Shown here one piece after another: positions 12,194 to 23,480 of a DNA stretch of 64,000 nucleotides (position 1 is its first letter; every line of letters starts with the position of its first letter). The translations under genes were made by a program, and so were the position numbers. The stretch covers positions 8,184,001-8,248,000 of the forward strand of contig NC_134475.1 of the NCBI RefSeq assembly GCF_964194025.1, read 5' to 3'. The stretch comes from Convolutriloba macropyga (taxonomy: Eukaryota). The notes under the pieces were generated by a model. The model was not told the origin of the DNA. It did not search any database and worked only from the letters and a program-made list of their open reading frames with translations.

Positions 12194-15100
12194 AAACACA
12201 TCTATCTGATTCATTCGCAAATATTAGGCAACTTTCATCAATGAATAACCGAGAAATTTTTTTTCGGACATGAGAATATTCCTTGGTTTCAAAATAAGAG
12301 ATTTGTAAAGTTTCCTCCCAAGAGTTTGTTGAGAGTCCATGTCAGTTTGTCCGCCAGATAGTTGTTTCAGTAAAACGTTGGTCCAAAAACGTGTGCCACA
12401 GATTTTTTGTCCACCTGTTGGTTGACGAAATTCAAAATTTTTTTAAATCGAGGAAACTAAAAACTCTTTTTTGCAGCTGTTAAATTATGCCGCAAAAAGA
12501 AGTCCCAATTTTTTGTACTAACCTATTGAATGAAAATTTTTTAATACAGTTTTTGTTACCGCGATTGACTTTCAAGGTAATAGGACAGCAACACAGTTAT
12601 GGGGCTCATTTTTTGGGAAAATCTGTGTTTCCTCCATTGTTTAATTTTAATTTACAAGGTCAGCCTATATAAATAGCTTGTTTGTTGATAATCAACTTGT
12701 TTTTTTTTAGGTTCTGAATTGAACCGTTAGATACTCTTACGCTTTCGCACGACATACGTAGCGGGATTTTTCAGATTTTTAAATTAATGCAGTGTACCAC
12801 TTCGTTACCTTTCTTCCTCTCTGAGCTTTCAACATTCCTGCAATTTAATGCATAACTAAAACCAAAAACTGTTACATCTTTGTCACTTCTCTTAAAACTC
12901 AGTTGACAAAAGAGATTGAGGGAGTTTAACTAAAGTTAAATTACGCGTCCAATCAAAGCGAGATTAGATTTTGTTTTCTTGTCTTCCCAAACTTTATTTT
13001 TTTTGTACGATTTACAAGTTATTTTTGTTTTTACAATTGTTACGGATTTAAAACAACTTAAATCATTGGAAGCCAATGCTTGATGAAGTCATAAAGGACG
13101 TTAGTTCATTTCTCTTCGTTGATTGTTTTTTTGGCGTTTATTGGAACAGTAGAGTTTAGCAAACCTAAGTCTCCATTTGTAAATTGTGATTTACATGGCC
13201 AAAAAATGTAACCCGAACATTGTCATTTGGAAACTTAACAGCATCACTCGTGAAAAAATCATTCCATTAGCAGGTTCATCAGAACTATCTATCAATTTCG
13301 TATTGTATTAGGTAAAAATAAACGGTGCATAAGAAAACAACTCTACAGTGGAAGAGTTCATCAATTAATCATTCATTTTTAAAACGCTGTTTCTTTTTTT
13401 GCTAAAGTTTTATCAGTTAAATGCTTGTTGGACATTTATCTGTAGCAATTATAATCATTTTGCTGATCGCACAAGTATGTTGTGACCTGTACAAATGCAG
13501 ATTTTAAAATCAAAAATAGATACATCTCTCTCATTTCTGATAAAACTGAGCTAACAAAGGAGGCTAGTCAAAGTTGCTTTAAATAGTCTGCAAAATTTAT
13601 GGAGCAGAAACAAGTATTTTTTGTCAGATTTAAGTTGTTTTTAATGTTGTTGAGGAATTAAAACAAATTGTTCCATTTGAAGCCAAACATTTAACGCTTG
13701 ATGGAGCCGAAAATGTAAATGAGCATCTTTGTGGTTCTACGTATTTCCATTCAACTATAACAGTTTATGTATCCTAACAATGTCAATTGGTATCTTAGGG
13801 GAAACTAATTAAAACACTCATCAAATTAACAACTTGTTCAAATCCAAAAAAATGACCAAGACCGATATTTGACAAATAACAATAACAAGTTGTCAGTAAG
13901 AAAACTCGACGGAAATCAGTGACTATCATGTAAATTGAATTTAGTTTATCTTACTTTTTGATTTTCAGAAGTTTTTTTCGTATCAAGTAGGCATGGATCA
14001 AATATGCACAGATATACATGGATCCAATACATGAATTCACTCATAGTTTTGCAGTTGCTTACTCCCAATCCCCATTAACATATATTATTTCTGGCAGAAA
14101 TGTCCATAAATTTTTCAATGCTTTTTAGGAAAAATTAAACGATGCTTTGGGAAACATACAGAGTAATAGTTTATCAGTCAGTGATCCGATTTCAAAACAT
14201 TGTTCATTTTATTTGCCTAACAATTCATCAGTCTGCTGCTGGTTGGACAATTATATGAAGCTATTTATATGAAGCAATAAAACTTGCCAATCTAAAATTT
14301 GAGTTTTGCAATACGTAATCAAACAGGTAATAAAAATACAATATACCCTTATTTTGGGAGACGCCAGTTATCACCCGCTATAAAACTTGATTGTTCAAAC
14401 TTTTTATTGAATTTGAAACAAACAGACAGAAAAAAGAGCATTTGTTACAATTTTTCAGCTTTAGCTTTGGAATGGTTAACTTTTGTGGCCATCGTGCTGA
14501 GAAATGAATCCCTCATTTTCTTGCATATTGCAAAGAACAAGTTCTTTAAAGAACTAACTGCAATTTCTGCAACAGCATTTTTGTTTTTTCTTCTATTAGA
14601 CTCAATTTTAATTTTCATGTTCTTGCAAAACATTCAAAAATGACCACCAAATTTCAATATCCGATCAACCAATAACTTTTCCACCGAGGTTGAAAGCTTT
14701 TAAAGCTTCGTTTGCATTCTTTGATTTCACTGACCACTAATTAATGGAGAAGAAACGTTAGCACATGCTATTGATTGATTTTTTCTTTTTTAATATGATG
14801 GCCATACATCGTCAAAAACCCGCGTGTTTGAACGAATATAAATACAGCGGATAAATTATCAAAATGGTGCATATTTATGCGAAATTTTGCCAAAAGTTAG
14901 AAAGCATTATTGTTTGTTGATATTCACAATTTTGTTTGTTATTTTAGATTTTGAATTGAAATACAAGCTACTCTTGAATTTTCACACAACATACGTTGCC
15001 CTAAGTTGAGAAAATTTCGGCTTTTAAACATAGGAAACCGTCAGCATCATCGTTTTTCTGACCAAAAATGTCAAAATTTCTTCTGAGTTTGTCGGCGGTT

Positions 15101-15399
15101 TTGTCATTTTTGTTCGGTAATTAACATAAGAAAGATTCGGTATTTTCGTTTTTAAACGTAAGAAAACTCGGTACCATTGTTTTTAAACGTAGGAGATATT
15201 TGGTAACATTGTTTTCAAACTTGAGTAAGATTCACTATCTTTTAGAGAAACACCAAAATTCTTAACTCCTGCTCTGAAAAGCAGATTAACCCAGCGTATC
15301 GAACGACGAAAATGATTGTCACTACAAGAAAGATCGACACTACTTGCAAAATACAAGAAAGTATGACAAAATTTAGTGAATGCGAATTGTTCAACAGAC

Positions 15400-16010
15400 T
15401 TCTCATCAATGTTCAACAAGTATGTTACATTTAAGAATTCAAAATTAACCAAAAAATTTATACTTATTCATTTATTGAATTTCTGTGACGTCTTTTAGTG
15501 ACATTGATTCAAGTACGAAATAGTGTTTGATTGGATTCTTTTTATCTTTGGAAACTACTGCTTTTTTGCCGTTGCGTAAGCCCTACACAAGTTTTTTAAA
15601 CAATTGAGAATTTAGCGCTAAATCTGCAGAGAACTAGAAGTCAAAATGATCAAAATGACGTGCGAGTTCCGTATTTGAGTTCCTCGCTGTTCATATTTTA
15701 GCTTTTTGTAGCGTTGTTTAAAAACAACATTTTCCTGGATAAAAAGAATTTTTCCCGAAAAAAATGGACGTGAAAATTTGATCATAAAACATAAAAGATA
15801 TTCTTTTGATATTTGATCACCTGTTGATGCATTTTGTAAAAGAAAGTTGTTATAAAAATTCGGTCTCGCAAGAATAAAATCAGACTTTTTTGCAACTTGT
15901 AGGTATGATTTTTGTTAGTTTGAAATAAATCAATTGCTGGTTTACATTGAGTAAAGGCTCGTTATCGCGATCTCAAAACAAACTCATTTCACAATTTCTG
16001 AGATATTTTT
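15400..16010 (-). pseudogene. Polinton-like major capsid (hexon/PY-like) relic, paralogue A (other copies ~19230-19810, ~23900-24500)
   Basis: Collinear motifs across frameshifts: 'ILARPNFY', 'FIQENVVF/NNA', 'ARNSNT', 'LCRAYATAK', 'KHYFVLESMSLKDVTE', 'NFEFLNVTYLL'. These match, from my recollection, Maverick MCP motifs RARPNFY, FIQENIFNNA, AMNTN, CRLYVTTMK, HYVLVFDLTSMQDATE. Confidence 0.72.
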
Positions 16011-16200
16011 CAGTTTAAAACCCTTAACCAGACAAACTTTATTCCTTGCTTGTTTTTGAGTCAGAAACTTGTTGAAAAATAAAATTTAATTCCGGGAAGC
16101 AAAAGCGATGTCTATATGTGTTTTTTATTTCCTTATTGTTGTACTTCGCTGTTGAATAAGAACGCTTGCATCAAGTTGTTAACATGAGTTCGACAATGTC

Positions 16201-16504
16201 NNNNNNNNNNNNNNNNNNNNNNNNNNNNNNNNNNNNNNNNNNNNNNNNNNNNNNNNNNNNNNNNNNNNNNNNNNNNNNNNNNNNNNNNNNNNNNNNNNNN
16301 NNNNNNNNNNNNNNNNNNNNNNNNNNNNNNNNNNNNNNNNNNNNNNNNNNNNNNNNNNNNNNNNNNNNNNNNNNNNNNNNNNNNNNNNNNNNNNNNNNNN
16401 NNNNNNNNNNNNNNNNNNNNNNNNNNNNNNNNNNNNNNNNNNNNNNNNNNNNNNNNNNNNNNNNNNNNNNNNNNNNNNNNNNNNNNNNNNNNNNNNNNNN
16501 NNNN
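16201..16504. other. Assembly gap (other gaps: 19027-19226, 20125-20269, 28722-28984)
   Basis: Runs of N. Confidence 1.
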
Positions 16505-16559
16505 ATTCAAACTCAAATATTAAATAAATTTCAACAAGGAAGTACTGAGAATTTTTGTC

Positions 16560-17030
16560 CCGACATTAGAATTTTCCTTGGCTTCAAAACATGAGTTTTG
16601 TGGAACGTTTCCCACCATGATTTTTTTGACAGTTGATGTCAAAAGTTCCTATCATTTAGCCTTCATTGTAGCTGAAAAAACTCTCATGTTTCGGCGAGTC
16701 TGATTAACTTTTAGTGTTTTTTATTGAATAATGCAACGTTTACAGGTTCTCCACCAGCTAGTTGTTTGAGTAAAACTTTCTTCCAAACCGCTTGCCACAG
16801 ATTTTTTCGCATCCACTTGTTGATGGAAATCAAAATCTCGAAAATTGAAATCTCGATTTCTTGCAGCTGGTAATATTTGCCGCAAATAGAGCTGTTGAGC
16901 TCCCAATTGTTTCTGTCTGAGTTCCTGTCAGCAATAATATAGCAAAACTTAACGATAAAAAATGAAGATGCAAATGAATAGTTCATAATACAACTTTTGT
17001 TACCACATTTGACTTTCAAGGTAATAATTC
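16560..17030 (-). pseudogene. Polinton-like major capsid relic, paralogue B (other copies ~12270-12580, ~20320-20830, ~24880-25350)
   Basis: 'YILPDKNSDF', 'NLWQAVWKKVLLKQLAGGEPV' (cf. RGGQPIV), 'NMRVFSATMKA' (cf. NCRLYVTTMKA), 'IGTFDINCQ' (cf. LVFDLTSMQ). Confidence 0.55.
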
Positions 17031-17379
17031 AACAAAACAGATGCTGGGCTCACTTTTTACTCTGTTTTAAAATTCGTTGCCTTCTTCTTTTACTTTCTGA
17101 GTTTATACTAATTTATAGTAACCTGCAGTAATGTTTAAACAATACTGGGAAAACCAACATTACTACAATTAAATGCACAATTGAAATCAAAAACTGTTAC
17201 ACTGTTGTGATTTCTCATAAAACTGAGCTAACAAAAGACATTGAGGGAGTTAAAACTAAACTTAAAATAATTGTGCAATCAAAGAGAGATTAGGTTACTG
17301 ATATTTTTTTAGTTTTCGTTAAATTTACTTCAATTAGTCTGCTGTTTAGTTGAAGAAGAAACAAGCAATTTTTGTAAGA

Positions 17380-19026
17380 TTTTACTGCTTACTTTTGGTT
17401 CTTAAAGTTGATGCAGAAATAAGTAGCAATTGTTTTATTCGAATTCAACGTTTAATGCTTGATGAAATAAAAAATGATATTAGTTCGTTTTTTATCATTG
17501 ACAGTTTTTTCTGGAGCTTATTGGAACCGTAGAGTTTAGCAAATCTATGTCTCCCGTGTTTAATTTTGATTTACAAATCCAAAAATGTAACAAGGCATCT
17601 TTGTACCCTCTACGGTTTTTTCCAACAAAATCACTGTTTGTCATTGACATGTGTACCTGAACAATTTCGTTTGGAAAATTAACCGAAGGTGGACCAGAAT
17701 CACTCGTAAAAAACTTCATTGCATTAGCAGGTTCGTCTTATCCAGCAGAAGTTCGCCACATCCAAAGATCACCACAGAACAAATAACAGGTAACGGTTTC
17801 TTATTACGAAAACTCAAAAACGTTTATTTTTGCCTAATCCATTTTTGATTTCTTTAACTAAAATTTTATCAGCTTAATGCTTGTCGATCTTTTAAATATA
17901 ACAATTTTAACCATTTTGCCGGTTTCACAAGCATTTTGTGTCTTGTTCAATCGCAGACTTAAAATCGAAATCAGCTATATCTCTTTCACTTCTCAAAAAA
18001 CTGAGCTAACAAAAGAGATTGAGGGAGTTCAACTAAAGCTGAGTTATGTGTCCAATCGAGGAGAGATTAGATTTTAAATAGTTTTTTCTCTTCGTTATAT
18101 TTACTTCAATTTATTTGCAGTTTTGTTGAAACAGATGCAAGTAATTTTTGTCATATTTCATTAACTGTTTTTGGTTCCTGAAGTTGATTCAGAATTAATA
18201 GCACTTGTTTCATTCGAAGACAAACATTTAATGCGAGATGAAGTCGAAATTGACATTAATCACTTTTTTTATCGTACATAGTTTCTTTTAGTTTTTACTG
18301 GAACAGTAGAGTTTAGCAAGCCTATGTCTCCATTGCTTTAGTTTCATTTACAAGACCAAAAAAAAGTAGCCTTGTACTTTCTTCATTTTTTTCCAACAAA
18401 ATCACTATATATCATTAAAATGTGCTCCTGAACAATGTCTTTTGGAAAAATAACAGAAGGTGGACCAGTACCACTCATTGAACACCTCATTCCATTAGCA
18501 GGTTTCAAATCCAGCAGAAGTTCCTCGCATCCAAATATCAGCAGAGAACGGATAACAGGTATAGATTTCTTACTAAGAAAATTCAAAGGCACTCAAAATC
18601 TTCTGTTTATTTCTTTTCCTAATCTGTTGTTTATTTCTTTGCCTAAATTTTTTATCAGTTTAATGCTTGTCGGCCGTTTAAAAGTAACAATTTTAACCAT
18701 TTTAACGGCTTCACATGTATTTTGTGACTTGTTCAATTGCAGACTTAAAAACGAAATCAACTACATCTCTCTCACTTCTGATTAAAATTAGCCAAAAAAG
18801 AGGCTCATTATATTTGTTTTAATGTTGAAAAGGACTTAAGCTGTTTTGTCAGATTTTAGTAGTGATTTTTTGATCCCAATAATGTTGAAGAATTGAAACA
18901 AATGGTTCAATTTGAAGCTAATCATTGAATGATTGATTAAGTCAAAATAGACATTACTCCGCTTTTTCCATTGACAGTTTTTTGGCAGTTATGTGAACTG
19001 TTCAGTTTAGCAAATCTAATCTTTCT
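17380..19026 (-). pseudogene. Tandem Polinton-like minor capsid (penton) relics, ~780-bp spacing
   Basis: ORFs 17495-17719 and 18383-18592: 'LLIFG...MSGTGPPSVIFPKDIVQEHILMIYSDFV' and 'YKDALLHFWICKSKLNTGDI'. Compare the recalled penton motif G.GPH.PEF..DIVR.HSLMIYTD.I...KAPLLR.FPF.SKLK.GDI. Confidence 0.72.
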
Positions 19027-21149
19027 NNNNNNNNNNNNNNNNNNNNNNNNNNNNNNNNNNNNNNNNNNNNNNNNNNNNNNNNNNNNNNNNNNNNNNNNNN
19101 NNNNNNNNNNNNNNNNNNNNNNNNNNNNNNNNNNNNNNNNNNNNNNNNNNNNNNNNNNNNNNNNNNNNNNNNNNNNNNNNNNNNNNNNNNNNNNNNNNNN
19201 NNNNNNNNNNNNNNNNNNNNNNNNNNATTGTTCAACAAGTATTTTACATTTATGAATTCAAAATTAACCAAAAAATTTATACTTATTCATTTATTGAATT
19301 TCTCTGACGTCTTTTAGTGACATTGAATTGAAGTACAAAATAGTGTTTTATTGGATTTTTTTCATTTTAGTAAACTACTAATGTTTTGCTGTTGCGTAAG
19401 CCCTACTATAGTCTTTTAAACAATTCAGAATTTAGCGCTATATCTGCAGAGAACTAGAAGTCAAAGTGCTTAAAATGACTTGTGAGGTCCGTATTTGAGT
19501 TCCTCGCTATTGATATTTTAGCTTTGTTGTAGTGTTGTTAAAAAACAACATTTTCCTGGATAAAATGAATTTTTCCCGAAAAAAATGAACGTGAAAATTT
19601 GATCAAAAAACATAAAAGATATTCTTTTGATATTTGATCGCCTGTTGAAGCATCTTGTAAAAAAAAAGTTGTTATAAAAATTCGGTCTCGCAAGAATAAT
19701 TTCTTCTTCAACCTGTAGCAATGATTTTTGTTAGTTTGAAATAAATCAATTGCTGGTTTACATTGAGTAAAAGCTCGTTATCGCGATCTGAAAACAAACT
19801 CATTTCAAAATTTCTGAGATATTTTTCAATTTATAACCCTTAACCAGACAAACTTTATTCCTTGCTTGTTTTTGAGGCAAAAACTTGTTGAATACTAAAA
19901 ATTTAATTCCGGGAAGCACAAGCGATGTCTATATGTGTTTTTTATTTCCTTATTATTGTACTTCGCTGTTGAATAAAAAAGCTTGCATCAAGTTGTTAAC
20001 ATGAGTTCCACAATGTCAGTTATCATATGTGGAAATCAAACCCTTTTCAGTTTTGCCGTGCTCCTGTTTGTTTGCAACGGGACTGAAATTTTTTCCAAGT
20101 GTGATCCGATTTTATTTTCTAAATNNNNNNNNNNNNNNNNNNNNNNNNNNNNNNNNNNNNNNNNNNNNNNNNNNNNNNNNNNNNNNNNNNNNNNNNNNNN
20201 NNNNNNNNNNNNNNNNNNNNNNNNNNNNNNNNNNNNNNNNNNNNNNNNNNNNNNNNNNNNNNNNNNNNNCAAACTCAAATATAAAATAAATTTCAACAAG
20301 GAAGTACTGAGAATTTTTTTCCCGACATTAGAATTTTACTTGGCTTCAAAACATGAGTTTTGTGGAACGTTTCCCACCATGAGTTTTTTGACAGTTGAGC
20401 CTTCATTGTTCCTATCGTTTAGCCTTCATTGTAGCTGAAAAAACTCTCATGTTTCTATGGGTTTGATTAATTTTTAGTGTTTTTATTGAATAATGCAACG
20501 TTTACAAGTTCTCCATCAGCTAGTTGGTTTAGTAAAACCTTCTTCCAAACTGCTTGCCACAGATTGTTTGCATCCACTTGTTGATGGAAATCAAAATCTC
20601 GAAAATTGAAATCTCGATTTTTTGCAGCTGGGTATATTTGCCGCAAATGGAGCTGTTGAGCTCCCTATTGTTTCTACTAACCTATTAAAGACTATGGAAT
20701 AACCACAACAAAAATCAGAGTTCTTGTCAGGAAGAATATAGTAAAACTTAACAATCAAAAATGAAGATGCAAATGAATAGTTCATAATACAACTTTTGTT
20801 ATCACATTTGACCTTTCAAGGTAATAATTCAACAAAACAGATATTGGGCTCACATTTAACTCTGTTTTAAAATTCGTTGCCTTCTTTTCTGATTTTATAC
20901 TAATTTATAGTAGCCTGCAGTAATGTTTAAAAAATTTTGGGAAAACCAACATTCCTACAATTCAATGCACAATTGAAATCAAAAACTGTTACACTGTTGT
21001 GATTTCTCATAAAACTGAGCTAACAAAAGACATTGACGGAGTTAAACTAAACTTAAATTAATTGTGCAATCAAAGAGAGATTAGGTTTCTGATATTTTTT
21101 TGGTTTTCGTTAAATTTACTTCAATTAGTCTTCTGTTTAGTTGAAGAAG

Positions 21150-22900
21150 AAACAAGAAATTGTTGTAAGATTTTACTGCTTATTGTTGGTTCCTAAATTT
21201 GATGCAGAATTAATAGCAATTGTTTAATTCGAATTCAACTTTTAATGCTTGATGAAGCAAAAAATGATATTAGTTCGTTTTTTATCATTGACAGTTTTTT
21301 CTGGCGCTTATTGGAACCGTAGAGTTTAGCAAATCTATGTCTCCCGTGTTTAATTTTGATTTACAACTCCAAAAATAGAACAAAGCATCCTTGTATCTTC
21401 TACAGTTTTTTCCAACAAAATCACTATTTGTCATTGACATGTGTACCTGAACAATGTCATTTGGAAAATTAACAGAAGGTGGACCAGAATCACTCGTAAA
21501 AATCTCATTGCATTAGCGGGTTCGTCTCATCCAGCAGAAGTTCGTCACATCCAAAGATCAGCACAGAACAAATTACAGGTAACGGTTTCTTATTTCGAAA
21601 ACTCAAAAACGTTTATTTTTTGCCTAATCCGTTTTTGATTTCTTTAACTAAAGTTTTATCAGCTTAATGCTTGTCGATTGTTTAAATATAACAATTTTAA
21701 CCATTTTGCGGGTTTCACAAGCATGTTGTGACTTGTTCAATTGCAGACTTAAAATCCAAATCAGCTATATCTCTTTCACTTCTCAAAAAACTGAGCTAAC
21801 AAAAGAGTTTGAGGGAGTTCAACTAAAGCTGAGTTATGTGTCCAATCAAAAAGAGATTAGATTTTAAATAGTTTCTTCTGTTCGTTATATTTACTTCAAT
21901 TGATTTGCAGTTTTGTTGAAACGGATGCAAGCAATTTTTGTCATATTTCACTAACAGTTTTTGATTCTTAAAGTTGATTCAGAATTAAGAGCACTTGTTT
22001 CATTCAAAGACAAACATTTATTGCGTGATGAAGTCGAAATTGACATTAGTCACTTTTTTTATCGTACATAGTTTCTTTTAGTTTTTACTGGAAGAGTAGA
22101 GTTTAGCAAACCTATGTCTCCATTCTTTAAGTTTCATTTACAAGACCAAAAAAAGCAGCCTTGTACTTTCTTCATTTTTTTTTCAACAAAGTCACTATAT
22201 ATCATTAAAATGTGCTCCCGAACAATGTTTCTTGGAAAATTAACAGAAGGTGGACCAGTACCACTCATTGAAAACCTCATTCCACTAGCAGGTTTCAAAT
22301 CCAGCAGAAGTTCCTCACATCCAAAGATCAGCAGAGAACTAATAACGGGTATAGATTTCTTACTAAGAAAATTCAAAGGCACTCAAAATCTTCTGTTTAT
22401 TTCTTTTCCTAATCTGTTGTTTATTTCTTTGCCTAAATTTTTATCAGTTTAATGCTTGTCGGCCGTTTAAAAGTAACAATTTTAACCATTTTAACGGCTT
22501 CACATGTATGTTGTGACTTGTTCAATTGCAGACTTAAAATCGAAATCAACTACATCTCTCTCACTTCTGATAAAAATGAGCCAAAAAAGAGGCTCATTAT
22601 ATTTGTTCTAAACTGTCTGCATATTTGTTGAAAAGGACTTAAACTGTTTTTTTCAGATTTAAGTGGTGATTTTTTGATCCCAATAATGTTGAAGAAATTA
22701 AACAAATGGTTCAGTTTGAAGCTAATCATTGAATGATTGAATAAGTCATAATAGACATTACTCCGCTTTTTCCATTGACAGTTTTTTTGGCAGTTATGTG
22801 AACTGTTGAGTTCAGCAAATCTAATCTTTCTTTAATGTTAATTTTTTCACCTGGCTAAAAATGTAAAAGAGTTTTTTTGTGGTTTCTACAATTTTTCATT
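21150..22900 (-). pseudogene. Second set of tandem penton relics (further copy ~13050-13560; 'ITDIVELM' penton-like fragments at ~16170, ~20000, ~24660)
   Basis: ORF 22134-22382 'MSGTGPPSVNFPRNIVREHILMIYSDFVEK'; DNA collinear with 17380-19026. Confidence 0.72.
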
Positions 22901-22939
22901 CAACAAACTCAATATGTAACCCAACAAGTAACAAAAGTA

Positions 22940-23480
22940 CAATATATCCTTATTTTGGGAGACGCCTGTTATCAACCGTTATAAAATTTGATTGTTCAAA
23001 ACTTTTACTGAAAGTGAAACAAGTAAACTGAAAATGAGCTTTCGTTACCACTTTTCAGCATTAGCTTTGAAACGATAAACTTTTGTGGCCATCGTGGTGA
23101 AAAATGGACTCCTCATTTTCTTGCAATTTTTTTGGTTTTTTTTCTAGTAGATTCGATTTCAATATTCATATTCTTGCATAAAAGTCAAAATTGACCACCA
23201 AACTTCAATAATCGATCCAAAAACTTTTCCACTAATGTTGACAGCTTTTAAAGTTGGGCTAGCTTTCTTTGATTTGACAGATTGAGCACTATCTAATGAA
23301 GAAGAAACGTGAGCACATGCTATTCAATGATTTTCTCGTTTTTAAAGTGAACGTGACACTTCGTTCAAAACCGCTTTTTTGGAACAGCAGATGTCAGTGA
23401 ACTGCGTAGCAGCTGCGGATAAATGATCAAATTGGTGGCATAATTATTCAAATTTTTAGAAGGCAATTTTGTTTGTTGAC
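22940..23480 (-). pseudogene. Polinton-like major capsid relic, paralogue C, N-terminal half (other copies ~14340-14900, ~25700-26050)
   Basis: Motifs read from the sister copies: 'FSTKCHVNLKKGKNHS' (ORF 25768-25998; cf. FSNCEVYLNNE..YS) and 'KFGGHF..KNMKIKIESNRRK' (~14590-14660; cf. KLGVDFF..PNMKIRLRLIRAR). Confidence 0.45.

Noticed and set aside
16133-20438. ORFs containing long X runs (also 28615-29100)
   Set aside because: Artefacts of N gaps.
17651-22452. + strand ORFs repeated in the array (e.g. 17877-18077, 18435-18785, 21667-21867, 22114-22452)
   Set aside because: Antisense to the penton-like relics; they recur only because the DNA is duplicated.
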